A stretch of 64,000 nucleotides of DNA, taken from assembly GCA_963692865.2 (NCBI GenBank), contig OY843592.1, positions 2,720,001 to 2,784,000 of the forward strand, read 5' to 3'. Under the pieces are notes generated by a model, which saw only the letters and a program-made list of their open reading frames with translations, ran no database searches and was not told the DNA's origin. Shown here in pieces: positions 9,623 through 19,226 of the stretch. Position 1 is the first letter of the stretch; each line of letters begins with the position of its first letter. Both the position numbers and the translations under genes were made by a program. The stretch is from a bacterium. Lineage in GTDB: Bacteria > UBA8248.

Positions 9623-10672
9623 ATGCCGGACATCAAGGTTCAAGCGAAAGACCTCCACGCCTATCTCGCGCGCGTCTATCAGGCTCTCGCCTTGCCCGAG
9701 GCGGACGCCAATGCTTGCGCAGCCCAGATTGTGGACGCCGAACTGAGGGGCGTGAGTTCGCACGGGTGCGTTCGTTTCGGGGTTTTTGTAGAGCGCCTGA
9801 AAAGCGGAACGGCGAACCCGAGACCTCATGTGCGAACCATCACCGATCTGCCCGCCTTTTCTCTCCTGGACGGGGACTACGGCATGAGCGCCGTCGTCGC
9901 GCGTCGCGCCATGGAGGCCGCCATCGAGAAGGCGAAGACCGGCGGGGTGGGCGCGGCAGCGATCCGAAAATCCTCCCACACGGGCCACATCGGCTATTTC
10001 GCCGCCATGGCGCTCGAACACGACATGATCGGGGTGGTCATCAGCGGCGCGGTGGGAAACCTCGCACCCTGGGGCGGTTTCGAGAGAATGATAGGAAACA
10101 ACCCGGTGGCCTTCGCGGTTCCCTCGAACCAGGAATATCCCATTCTTTTCGACATCGCCACGTCCAAGGTGGCGAGAGGCTACGTGCTCCTGGCCGCCAG
10201 GACGGGGGAGCCGATTCCCGAGGGCTGGGCGCTCGACCCCGCAGGCAACCCGACCACGGACGCCGCCCTCGCCGCCAAGGGAACCATGCTGCCTCTGGGC
10301 GATTACAAGGGATACGGCCTGGCGCTCATGTTCACCTTCCTGACGGGCGCGCTGTCGGGCAACGGCTTCGACGCAGATCAGCCCGACTGGCTGGAGACGG
10401 ATAAACCCTTCGGCCTGCCCATGTTCGCCATGGCGATTGACCCGGAGAGATGCCTGGGCGGCGACTACAAGGCGGCGGTGGATGAAGCCGTGGCGCGCAT
10501 CAAGGCGTCCGGTCTGGCGCCCGGCTTCGATGAAATCCGCATTCCGGGCGAAGGCGCTCACCGCAGGTACGAGGCTGCATTGTCCGAGGGCATTACTATC
10601 AAAGAAGCGCTCGCCGAGGAATTGGGCCGGATAGCGGCGGAGATGGGCGTAGCGCCCTTGCCCAAGGGCTGA
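9623..10672 (+). CDS. Ldh_2 family (malate/L-lactate/L-sulfolactate) dehydrogenase
   Basis: ELRGVSSHG, GNNPVA, DIATS and GDYKGYGLA motifs; GGAG RBS. Confidence 0.9.
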   Translation: MPDIKVQAKDLHAYLARVYQALALPEADANACAAQIVDAELRGVSSHGCVRFGVFVERLKSGTANPRPHVRTITDLPAFSLLDGDYGMSAVVARRAMEAAIEKAKTGGVGAAAIRKSSHTGHIGYFAAMALEHDMIGVVISGAVGNLAPWGGFERMIGNNPVAFAVPSNQEYPILFDIATSKVARGYVLLAARTGEPIPEGWALDPAGNPTTDAALAAKGTMLPLGDYKGYGLALMFTFLTGALSGNGFDADQPDWLETDKPFGLPMFAMAIDPERCLGGDYKAAVDEAVARIKASGLAPGFDEIRIPGEGAHRRYEAALSEGITIKEALAEELGRIAAEMGVAPLPKG

Positions 10673-10807
10673 GAAATATCCCCGCCTTTGTTGAATTGTC
10701 GGCCCCCATGCGCTAGTTTTATGGCTCGTTGATTGGAAGTTCCTCAAATATCCATCACATGACCGGGTGCGAGGCGTTTCGCGCCCTGAATTTTTGAAGG
10801 AGAAGAC

Positions 10808-11101
10808 ATGCCGGTAACCGCGATGATCATCGAAGAAGGAGACAACGTCGCCACCTGCCTCGAAAAGGTGGCGAAGGGAGGCTCCGTCCGCCTCATGCTC
10901 AACGGGAAAATGGGCAAGACGCTCAAGGCCAATCAGGCGATTCCCTACATCCACAAAATCTGCATCAAGCCCCTGAAAAAGGGCGAGCACTGCATGAAAT
11001 ACGGCCTGTCCATCGGCGTGGCGAGCAAGGACATCAAGGTGGGCGACTACATTCACGTACACAACATAGAGAGCGCCCGCGGCCGCGGCGACCTCGCGTA
11101 G
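10808..11101 (+). CDS. UxaA-family dehydratase small subunit (SAF domain; SuyA-like)
   Basis: DNVAT...IPYIHK...KYG..IGVA..DI..GDYIHVHN SAF pattern. Confidence 0.85.
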   Translation: MPVTAMIIEEGDNVATCLEKVAKGGSVRLMLNGKMGKTLKANQAIPYIHKICIKPLKKGEHCMKYGLSIGVASKDIKVGDYIHVHNIESARGRGDLA

Positions 11102-11116
11102 AGAAGGAGGTCCACC

Positions 11117-12328
11117 ATGGCCAGAAGAAACGGAAGAGGCGCAAGCGCACCGAAACGTCTGCGAAAAACCTGGTGGGGATATCCCCGGGAAAACGGGGAC
11201 GTGGGCGCGAGAAACTACCTGCTCGTGCTGAGCGGCACCCTTTACGCCAACCCCACGTGCGAGCGCGTCGCCAGAACTTTGCGCCATAGCGTCGCCCTCA
11301 CCCACCCTTTGGGCCGCTGCCAGATAGGCCCCGACATCCAGCGCACGTTCGAGACCCTCGTCGGACATGGGCAGAACGCCAACGCGGGCGCCGTGATCGT
11401 CATCGATCACCACCGCGAGGAAGGCTGCACGGCGGACGAAATCGCCCATGAAATCGCCAAAACGGGCAAACGGGTGGAGGCGCTCAACATCCGCGAGGAC
11501 GGGGGCGCGATAGACGCCACCGCCAAGGCCACGCGCATCGGCATGGAGATGCTCAGGGAACTCACGAACGAACGCCGCCAGGAAGTCTCCGTGAGCAAGC
11601 TCCTGTTGGGCCTAAACTGTGGGACGTCGGACACCACTTCGGGCCTCTCGCACAACAAGGCCACCGGCTGGGTGACGGACCAGGTGGTCAAGCAGGGCGG
11701 ACGCGCGCTCCTGGCCGAAACCACCGAGATGATGGGCGGCGAGAGCGTGCTGGCCGACAAATGCGTGAGGCCGGCCCTGGGCAAACGCATCTGGAAAATG
11801 GTGGAGGAGATGGAAGAGCGCATCCTCGCCTGCGGCGTCGACCTCAGGGGCAGCCAGCCCACTGGGGACAACATGGAGGGCGGCCTGACCACGATTGAAG
11901 AAAAATCCCTGGGCGCCATCCAGAAGGCGGGTTCGGCCCCCATCGTAGACGTGATCTCCTGGGCGAAACGCGCGAACCGCAGAGGCGGCCTCCACGTGAT
12001 GGATACACCGGGCCACGGGGGAGAGTCCATTACCGGCATCGCGGCGGGCGGCTCTCAGGTGCTCATCTTCTCCACGGGCGGCGGCCACACCATCAACCAC
12101 CCCCTGATGAGCACCATACGCATAACGGGCAACCCGCTTTCCGCGAAGCTGCAGGCCGACACCACGGACGTGGACGTGACGGACATTTTCGAAGGCGCGC
12201 CCATCGAAGTGGCGGGACGGCGCGTCTACGACGAGGTAATAGAAGTCGCGAGCGGGAAGATGACGAAGGCCGAAATTCTGCACGAAGACAACGCCTTCGC
12301 CATCAACCGGAATGGGCCCAGCGTCTAG
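11117..12328 (+). CDS. UxaA/GarD/SuyB-family dehydratase or sulfo-lyase, large subunit
   Basis: GYPRENGDVGARN, CGTSDTTSG and GGLTTIEEKSLG motifs. Confidence 0.88.
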   Translation: MARRNGRGASAPKRLRKTWWGYPRENGDVGARNYLLVLSGTLYANPTCERVARTLRHSVALTHPLGRCQIGPDIQRTFETLVGHGQNANAGAVIVIDHHREEGCTADEIAHEIAKTGKRVEALNIREDGGAIDATAKATRIGMEMLRELTNERRQEVSVSKLLLGLNCGTSDTTSGLSHNKATGWVTDQVVKQGGRALLAETTEMMGGESVLADKCVRPALGKRIWKMVEEMEERILACGVDLRGSQPTGDNMEGGLTTIEEKSLGAIQKAGSAPIVDVISWAKRANRRGGLHVMDTPGHGGESITGIAAGGSQVLIFSTGGGHTINHPLMSTIRITGNPLSAKLQADTTDVDVTDIFEGAPIEVAGRRVYDEVIEVASGKMTKAEILHEDNAFAINRNGPSV

Positions 12329-12341
12329 GAGATTCATCGCC

Positions 12342-12374
12342 AACCCCCGGAGGATGCCCTCCGGGGGTTTGTTT
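12342..12374 (+). terminator. Putative intrinsic terminator
   Basis: AACCCCCGGAGG-atg-CCCTCCGGGGGTT hairpin followed by TGTTT, just after the stop at 12328. Confidence 0.55.
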
Positions 12375-12416
12375 CACGCGGCAGGCGACGCAGATGCCCA
12401 TTGCCCGAGGCCTTAG

Positions 12417-12989
12417 ATGAATCCCCTCCCCTACACCGAGGCCATCGCGAAGCTCGCCGAAGAGGAGCGGGGGGACGGCTGGCTTGCATTCTGTGAGGGG
12501 GAAAGCCTCTACCAGCTTCCCGTGGTCGAGTGGCTGGACGCGCTGGGTGAGGAAATCGCCGCCCTTGCTCACAAGTCGCCTCTGGAGATCGGAGCCGGGG
12601 ACGCCACAATCGGGAAAGCGCTACAAGAGCGCGGCGTGAACCTGAAACTCACGGATCCGGCCGGGAGCGATGGAGTCGAAACCCTGAAAGCACAGGATGC
12701 GCTTGTCGCTTACGCACCCGATTTCGTGTTCTCCTGCTGGCTGCCGTTCGATTCGGGCGTGGATCGCGTGATTTTAGGCGCGAAGAGCATCCGCTGGTAT
12801 CTGACGGTGGTGCAGCAGGGACCAGGCTACGCCGGGAGCGAAGCACTGTGGGACACGCCCGGCTGGAGTGTGCGGGAGTTGAGCGGAGTGAACCGATGGT
12901 CGGTTTCGCGGGCGGATTTTCTGAGCGAGATAGACTCCGGCGAGCACGTCCGGCACGGGATGGCCTATCTGTTCACGCGTGAGGATTGA
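12417..12989 (+). CDS. Hypothetical protein, possible class I SAM-binding fold
   Basis: LEIGAGDA resembles SAM motif I; abuts the next gene (stop 12989, start 12990). Confidence 0.6.
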   Translation: MNPLPYTEAIAKLAEEERGDGWLAFCEGESLYQLPVVEWLDALGEEIAALAHKSPLEIGAGDATIGKALQERGVNLKLTDPAGSDGVETLKAQDALVAYAPDFVFSCWLPFDSGVDRVILGAKSIRWYLTVVQQGPGYAGSEALWDTPGWSVRELSGVNRWSVSRADFLSEIDSGEHVRHGMAYLFTRED

Positions 12990-14039
12990 ATGAGCGGACA
13001 CACGACGGGCGAGAAACTCCACGTCTTTCTGAATCGGGTCTTCAACAAACTGGGCATGCCTGAAGAAGACGCCGCCTGGACGGCGGAGACGCTCGTGGCG
13101 GCAGAGTTGCGCGGCGTCACCAGCCACGGCGTCATCCGCATGCCGCACTACGCCAAGCGCCTGGAAGTGAACCTGGCGAATCCGACTCCGAATTTCAAAG
13201 TCATAAAAGACGCCGGCGCGCTCGCGCTCGCAGACGGCGATAACGGTATGGGGCAAGTAGTATCCAAGCGCGCGATGAAAGAGGCCATCGCCCGCGCCGG
13301 CGAGCACAACGTGGGCGTCGTGCTGCTCAAGGAGAGCAACCATTTCGGCGCCGCCGCGACGTATGCCGCCATGGCCCCCGAAGCGGGCATGGTCGGACTC
13401 GTTACGACGAACACGCTGCGCGTCCTGCCTCCCGCGGGAGGAAAAGAGGCCAGGATCGGCAACAATCCCGTCTCCATCGCCCTGCCGAGCGACCCGCCCA
13501 TGGTGCTGGACATGGCGCTTTCCGTCGTGGCGCGAGGCTACATTATCGAGGCGGCGCGCGCGGGCGAACTCATCCCCGAGGGATGGGGGCTGGACAAGGA
13601 AGGAAGGCCCACCACCGACCCCAACGAGGTTCTCGAAAGCTCCCTGCTCTCTCCCATCGCAGGCTACAAGGGAAGCGGGCTTTCCATCGCCATCGACGCC
13701 ATACTCGGCTCCCTCGCGGGTGGAGGCCACAGCCACGAAATCGTGGGCATCAACGAGTTTCATGGACAAAGCCGCGTCACGAGCGTTTTCGTCGCCGTCA
13801 ACGTCGAGGCGCTGCTTCCGGTAGCGCAGTTCCGCACCGCCGCCAACGCTTTTATTTCCATCATCAAGGCGACGCCCAAGGCGGCGGGCGTTGAGACGAT
13901 TTACATGCCGGGTGAGATCGAGCATCAAGTCGAGATGAAGCGAAGGCGCGAGGGGTTCGAACTCTCGCCCGAGCGCCTCGCCGAGCTCGATGAAATCGCC
14001 CAAAGGCTCGACCTCCCCCCCTTGGAGCGCGTGCAATGA
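12990..14039 (+). CDS. Ldh_2 family dehydrogenase (second paralogue)
   Basis: ELRGVTSHG, SNHFG, GNNPVS and GYKGSGL motifs. Confidence 0.9.
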   Translation: MSGHTTGEKLHVFLNRVFNKLGMPEEDAAWTAETLVAAELRGVTSHGVIRMPHYAKRLEVNLANPTPNFKVIKDAGALALADGDNGMGQVVSKRAMKEAIARAGEHNVGVVLLKESNHFGAAATYAAMAPEAGMVGLVTTNTLRVLPPAGGKEARIGNNPVSIALPSDPPMVLDMALSVVARGYIIEAARAGELIPEGWGLDKEGRPTTDPNEVLESSLLSPIAGYKGSGLSIAIDAILGSLAGGGHSHEIVGINEFHGQSRVTSVFVAVNVEALLPVAQFRTAANAFISIIKATPKAAGVETIYMPGEIEHQVEMKRRREGFELSPERLAELDEIAQRLDLPPLERVQ

Positions 14040-14938
14040 GCAACCCTACTCCCCACGAGTTGGCCGAAGCCGCTTCCAAATTCGCCCGCGAGGCGGGAGA
14101 AATCCTGATGGGACTTTTCGGCAAGCAGGTGGAAGTCGACTACAAGAACAAGGCCGAAACCGACCCGGTGAGCGAAGCCGATCGCGCGAGCCAGGATTAC
14201 CTCACAAAGGCGATAAACGACAGTTTTCCGGCGCACGGCGTATTGGGCGAAGAGAAGGCCGAAGACGAAGAAGAGGCCAAAGCGCAAGGCGCGCGCGAGG
14301 TGCCCGAGTATCTTTGGGTTCTGGACCCCCTCGACGGCACAAAAAATTTCCTGAACGGCCTGCACGTCTGGGGCTGTTCCGTTGGAGTTCTGAAGCGCGG
14401 ACGCTCGATTGCGGGCGCGATTTTCACGCCCGAGGAGAAAGGCTCCATCTACAGCGCATTTGAGAGGGGCGGGGCGTTCCGCAACGAGCACCGAATCGAG
14501 GTGACGAAAGAAGACAAGCCCACCGGAAAACGCATTGCCGCCCTGCCCGGCTCATACTGGACGCAATTCCGCCCCACGGGGCCGCTCAAGAAGAACCTTG
14601 GCGAGGTGCGCGCCACGGGTTCCATGTGCTACGAGCAGGCCCTCGTGGCGCGCGGAGGCCTGCACTACACGCTCTTCGGCGTTCCCAGCATCTGGGACGT
14701 GGCGGCGGGCGCGATCATCGTGAAAGAAGCGGGGGGCATGACGCTCGCCAGACGCAACCGTACGAACCAATGGCGGGAACTGGATACGTTCTTCTCGGAC
14801 GAGAATACGCCGAAAGACCTCGACGCCGCGCGCAAATGGCGGCAATCCCTGCTCATCGGCAACCCCGCCCTCGTGCGGTACATCGCCAAACACATCAAGA
14901 AAGTGAACCGGCGCAGACTCGGACGCAAGAAGCGATAG
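14036..14938 (+). CDS. Inositol monophosphatase family protein (SuhB-like)
   Basis: VSEAD, LGEE, WVLDPLDGTKNF and WDVAAG motifs. Confidence 0.9.
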   Translation: MSNPTPHELAEAASKFAREAGEILMGLFGKQVEVDYKNKAETDPVSEADRASQDYLTKAINDSFPAHGVLGEEKAEDEEEAKAQGAREVPEYLWVLDPLDGTKNFLNGLHVWGCSVGVLKRGRSIAGAIFTPEEKGSIYSAFERGGAFRNEHRIEVTKEDKPTGKRIAALPGSYWTQFRPTGPLKKNLGEVRATGSMCYEQALVARGGLHYTLFGVPSIWDVAAGAIIVKEAGGMTLARRNRTNQWRELDTFFSDENTPKDLDAARKWRQSLLIGNPALVRYIAKHIKKVNRRRLGRKKR

Positions 14939-15014
14939 CGCTCGTTGGGAACGAGGAAATTATCTCCACTCCACTTGAACAAAACCAAGTAAAATACTGG
15001 CATTCAAGACTAAT

Positions 15015-16352
15015 TTACTTCAGATCAGGCACCCTTACAGGCGCGAACCGATCGCTCCGGGGACCTTTTCCGCCTCCTCCGAGACCCTCGATTTCCATGA
15101 TTCGCTCTTCCTGCGGGTTACGGTACGCGGAGCCTGAAATCACCTCAAGTTCATACTGTGGAGCGGGGCTGCCTCTTTTGGGCGATCCCCCGCGAATGGA
15201 GAATGAAAACGGACGAGTTTCTCCGGGCCTTAACCCTCTAAGCCAGTGTCTGGTGCGGCAGCATTTTCGCCCGCTTCGGATGAGTTCGACCTGCAAGCCT
15301 ACGTCGAAGGAAAAATCCGGATCCGTGTTGTGCAGCGCGCCCTGGGCGCGCAGATAGGGCCTGCAGGTTTTACATCTGGGTTTGCGGAACACCTCGACTT
15401 CGGCATTTTTTACGCGCACCCACCGATGGACCTGTTGGTTTCTCTCCTGCGCCATCGTGTTGATTGAGGAGAGGATGCGCTCTTTGTGAACCGACTCGGG
15501 GTAGCGATCGAGAAACTGCTCCAGCGCCGCGACGCGGCCCGAGCGCTCGGCCCCTGCCAGCGCCTGCGCTTCCATGTGCCGTTGAACGATTCCAGCCTCC
15601 TTCGAGCCTTCGAATCTACGAATAAACGCCTTCCAGTCCGCCTCTTTCTCCGAGCGCATCGCCCCCTTGAATCTCGCCGCGCGCAAAGCGGCCTTCGCCT
15701 CGGGGAGATACGAGCTCAAAGGGTTGTCGAAGACATATCTTTCCAGTTCCCGAACATCGCCAGAGGCTTTCGCCGCGTCGAGCAGGAGTCTCTCAAGGCG
15801 CTGGGTCGCCGCCTCGGTCCACTCGCTCCGCGCTTTTTTGTATTTTGCAACGAAGGCTCTGTAGGACGCTACGTCGTCTTTTGCCGTCAGGGCTCCGTAT
15901 TCATTCTTTTGGATGTCCAAGTCGGGGGGCGTTTCGAACCATCCTTCAGGAAAGCCCCTCAAGAACTTTTCGGGTTCGCCGGGCTCCTTCGACGCGAGCG
16001 CTTCCTCGTACATGAGCCGCTCCCGCCAGTAGCGCGCCCGTCGGACGTGCCTGCCGTCAAAGTGATAGTCCAGATACTCTTTATAAGCGTGCGCCGTATG
16101 CCTTCGAGCCGCCCTTCTGAAATCGAACTCATCGAGTTCTTTCAGGAACACCTTGGATTGGGGGTGACCGGGGTTTTTATGAACAAACCAGCGCTTTTCG
16201 TTTATCTCATCGCGCGGCGTCATCCTGCTCGCGCGCGGCGCGTCCTCAAAACGGCACCCGGCGACAGCCGCGCCCAGGATGAAAAGGACAAGCAGGAAAA
16301 ACAGACGATTCCCTGTCAGGTTCGTATTGGCCACACCTCGGTGTCGCGCCAT
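15015..16352 (-). CDS. Putative lipoprotein with helical repeats
   Basis: Hydrophobic stretch ending in lipobox AVAG-C; about six repeats like AYKEYLDYHFDGRH and ALEQFLDRYPESVH; start uncertain. Confidence 0.65.
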   Translation of the reverse strand: MARHRGVANTNLTGNRLFFLLVLFILGAAVAGCRFEDAPRASRMTPRDEINEKRWFVHKNPGHPQSKVFLKELDEFDFRRAARRHTAHAYKEYLDYHFDGRHVRRARYWRERLMYEEALASKEPGEPEKFLRGFPEGWFETPPDLDIQKNEYGALTAKDDVASYRAFVAKYKKARSEWTEAATQRLERLLLDAAKASGDVRELERYVFDNPLSSYLPEAKAALRAARFKGAMRSEKEADWKAFIRRFEGSKEAGIVQRHMEAQALAGAERSGRVAALEQFLDRYPESVHKERILSSINTMAQERNQQVHRWVRVKNAEVEVFRKPRCKTCRPYLRAQGALHNTDPDFSFDVGLQVELIRSGRKCCRTRHWLRGLRPGETRPFSFSIRGGSPKRGSPAPQYELEVISGSAYRNPQEERIMEIEGLGGGGKGPRSDRFAPVRVPDLK

Positions 16353-16372
16353 TTCTCCGGGTGTCCCCAAAA

Positions 16373-17158
16373 CTATCCGAAACCCCAGTGCAGGCGCCGG
16401 TATTCCTCCGGCGTCGGCAGGCATGGGTTCTCTCTGAAACGAACCACCCGCTCAAGGAAGATGTCCACTTCCTCGATTTCCAGGAGTTCGTCCATCTCAC
16501 GCCTCAAGGAACTGTCGCTATCGCGCAGGCTGGCCTCCAGCCTTTTGACGTCGTTCACCTGCGCCTCGGGCAGGGAAACGCCCGCATAGTCCCATATGAC
16601 GGTACGCAGCTTGGGTTCCGCGTGAAACGTGAGGCCGTGATCGATTCCCCAGACGCGGCCGTCTTCGGATTTGAAACAATGGCCTCCCTTGCGATCCGTG
16701 TTGTTCACCATGATGTCGAATGCGGCGAGCAGCACCAGTTCCGGACGCTCCTCGGCGCGGAGCGTGAAATAGTTCGATTTCCCGTCATAGGGCACGCACA
16801 ACTGCATGGAGCCCTCCCCGTGCGGGCCTTCGCGAATCACCGTCGGGGGAACGAGGTGCCACCCCAGATGATGGCTCACCAAAAAAGAACACCTTTCCCG
16901 AAAATGAAGCGTTCCGTAGGGAAAATCCCAAAGGGGGCGTTCCCCGCTCGCGGGCTTGTATATCCCCCAGAACTGGAAATCTTCTGCACTCATCCTAACA
17001 GCGAAGGTGTAGTTCGAACCTTGCGGCACCAACTCGCCGCCCAGAATTTCCGAGTTGAGAAGAAGGTTTTCGATTTCCTCCGGTTCGAAGCGGTACGCCT
17101 GCGATTCGGACGCATCCACCGTCTCCTGGGCTTCAGGAGGGGAAAATTTCCGGGCCAC
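16373..17158 (-). CDS. SCO1664-family protein (PI3/PI4-kinase-like fold)
   Basis: GSNYTF, YKPASGERPLWDFP, VPPTV, NNTDRKGGH and GIDHGLTF motifs; GTG start inferred. Confidence 0.88.
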   Translation of the reverse strand: MARKFSPPEAQETVDASESQAYRFEPEEIENLLLNSEILGGELVPQGSNYTFAVRMSAEDFQFWGIYKPASGERPLWDFPYGTLHFRERCSFLVSHHLGWHLVPPTVIREGPHGEGSMQLCVPYDGKSNYFTLRAEERPELVLLAAFDIMVNNTDRKGGHCFKSEDGRVWGIDHGLTFHAEPKLRTVIWDYAGVSLPEAQVNDVKRLEASLRDSDSSLRREMDELLEIEEVDIFLERVVRFRENPCLPTPEEYRRLHWGFG

Positions 17159-17190
17159 GAGATTTCCCTGTCGACTATGATGGGGGCGGC

Positions 17191-17769
17191 TTAATGATGA
17201 AAGTGGCCGTTCGTATTCGGGTCGACCTTGCCGGTGGCCACCATGGCGTGTCGAGAAAGCGCATCCGTCCCCCGCCCGGAGGAGCATTCATCGAGGCTTT
17301 GGTTGATGAATTCATCCAACTGCGCATGCGCGAGACTCACCTGCAGCGCGGCGGGGCCGACGGCCTCTTGTTCGTACTCCTCTTCCTCGGCAGGCTCCCC
17401 CTCAGAGGCGACCTCGTCGCGTTCATCGTAGAAAAAGACCGTGACGTTGCCCTTGCCCGGACCATACGCCAGCCCCAGACGGCTCACCTTGAACTCGAGC
17501 AATCCCTCGGAGCTCAGCGGAGCGGAATCGACCTCGGCGATGTCGGGAAAATCCGGCTCCTCGCCCGATCGCTCCCCTTGCCCTTTCGCCTCCGCCATCT
17601 TTTTCATCGCCATCGAAAGACCGTAGACCTGTTCTTTCTCCAGCCAGAGGGTGGCGGCCGCTTTCGTCGGGCAATCAATCAGAATGCGGAAAATCCTCTT
17701 CCCCGCGACGCCAATCGCTTCCGTTTTGATTTTTTCGACTTCGCCGAAATTATGTCTGGCGGAATCCAT
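17191..17769 (-). CDS. DUF3090-family protein
   Basis: EAIGVAGKRIFRI...LWLEKEQV...EFKV..LGLAY and C-terminal NGH; lies directly upstream of SCO1664, the usual partner. Confidence 0.75.
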   Translation of the reverse strand: MDSARHNFGEVEKIKTEAIGVAGKRIFRILIDCPTKAAATLWLEKEQVYGLSMAMKKMAEAKGQGERSGEEPDFPDIAEVDSAPLSSEGLLEFKVSRLGLAYGPGKGNVTVFFYDERDEVASEGEPAEEEEYEQEAVGPAALQVSLAHAQLDEFINQSLDECSSGRGTDALSRHAMVATGKVDPNTNGHFHH

Positions 17770-18390
17770 GTGAGATATAAAACTCCGCGATGCAAGGATA
17801 AGACGGCTTGCGATGGGTATACCATAAACGGATGTCTCACCCTTGTCTATTCCAATTTTCCCCTTGCGCGTTTCGGGTTTCGCCTGCGGGGAATAGCGTT
17901 TATAATTCGGCAACAAACCCGCCCCGTATTTCATCCAGCCGCCGAGAAACCAGCGTATGGCGAAAAGAAATCCCCGAAAACCCGCCGCCGTCAAACACGG
18001 TTTTCTCGAATATCTGCTCCTGGGCGTTCTCGCGCTCGTCGTCGTGGTGACGGCTTGGACGCTTTATGATAACGGAATCATCGACACGTTCATCGAACTC
18101 ATCAAAGGCGCTCGTTAGCGCGCCACGCACCCAAGAGGCGCACCTCTTCTCTTGCGAATTCGGCAGGCTCCGCCGCACTATCGAGCGCTTCATCCAGACG
18201 AACGCTTTTCCGGCATCGCTCATCGGTGCGCATCTCCTAAAAATCGGTGTCATCAAAAGCGCACGAACGAATCTCCATAACATGGATTCGGAGCAAACAA
18301 GATCCGGTGGGCGAAAATCCCGAACCGGCTACACAGCTTCGGGCGAAAAGTGGTAGCCTCCACCAAATCGCAACCATCAGAGGATGCTCA

Positions 18391-19197
18391 TTGGCCCGGC
18401 TCATTTCCAAAACGCTGCAAACTCCCGACGGTCCGCTCGCCTATACCGAGGCTGGGGACGACGGCAAAGAAGCCCTCCTCCTCGTGCACGGCGGCTTCGG
18501 GGCGGCGAACCACTGGCTCAAGAACCAGGCTTTCTTCGCCGCGCATTACCGCACTTTGGCGATCGACCTGCCCGGTTTCGGCGAGAGCTACGCGCCGCCG
18601 AAACCGCATACGGCCGCATCCGTCACGCAGGGCATCGGTCGGCTCCTCGACGGGCTTCGAATCGAGGAGTGCCTGTGCGTGGCTTTTTCCTTCGGCGCGA
18701 CGATGAGCGTGACGTATAGCCAGGAAAACGCCTCGCGACTCAAAAAACTCGTTCTGCTGGGGCCGGGAGGTTTGGGGATAACAGGCGACGTCAAGCTCGG
18801 CGATGAGCGCCGCGCCACCAAGAAGATGAGCCCCGAGGAGAAGCACGCGGTATTCGTCCACAATCAAAAGGCGCTGATGTTCAAAAACCCGGCCTGCGCG
18901 GATGATGTATACCTCTCCCAGGCATGGACGAACCTCAAGAATTCAAGGATGAACATCTACGCCATGAACCGCGAACCCCGCCTGCCCGATTTGCTTCCAG
19001 CGTGCTCCATGCCGCTGTTCATCCTGTGGGGAGACGCCGACGTCATCGCCTACCCCACGCCCGAAGAACGCCGGAGCGCTTGCCAAAAAGCCGCTCCCCA
19101 TGCAGAAGTGGATACTATTCCCGACGCCGGGCACATGGCCCAGTGGGAGCAACCCGAGACATTCAACGAGCGCGTATTGCAATTCCTGCAGACATAA
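18391..19197 (+). CDS. Alpha/beta-fold hydrolase
   Basis: LVHGGFG, DLPGFG, nucleophile elbow AFSFG, WGDAD and AGH; TTG start inferred. Confidence 0.85.
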   Translation: MARLISKTLQTPDGPLAYTEAGDDGKEALLLVHGGFGAANHWLKNQAFFAAHYRTLAIDLPGFGESYAPPKPHTAASVTQGIGRLLDGLRIEECLCVAFSFGATMSVTYSQENASRLKKLVLLGPGGLGITGDVKLGDERRATKKMSPEEKHAVFVHNQKALMFKNPACADDVYLSQAWTNLKNSRMNIYAMNREPRLPDLLPACSMPLFILWGDADVIAYPTPEERRSACQKAAPHAEVDTIPDAGHMAQWEQPETFNERVLQFLQT

Positions 19198-19226
19198 AAA
19201 TCCATCATCCCTGAGGAGAGCGTTTC

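Noticed and set aside
17900-18283. 127-aa minus-strand ORF between DUF3090 and the hydrolase
   Set aside because: No motif or convincing RBS; probably divergent promoter DNA or decayed sequence.
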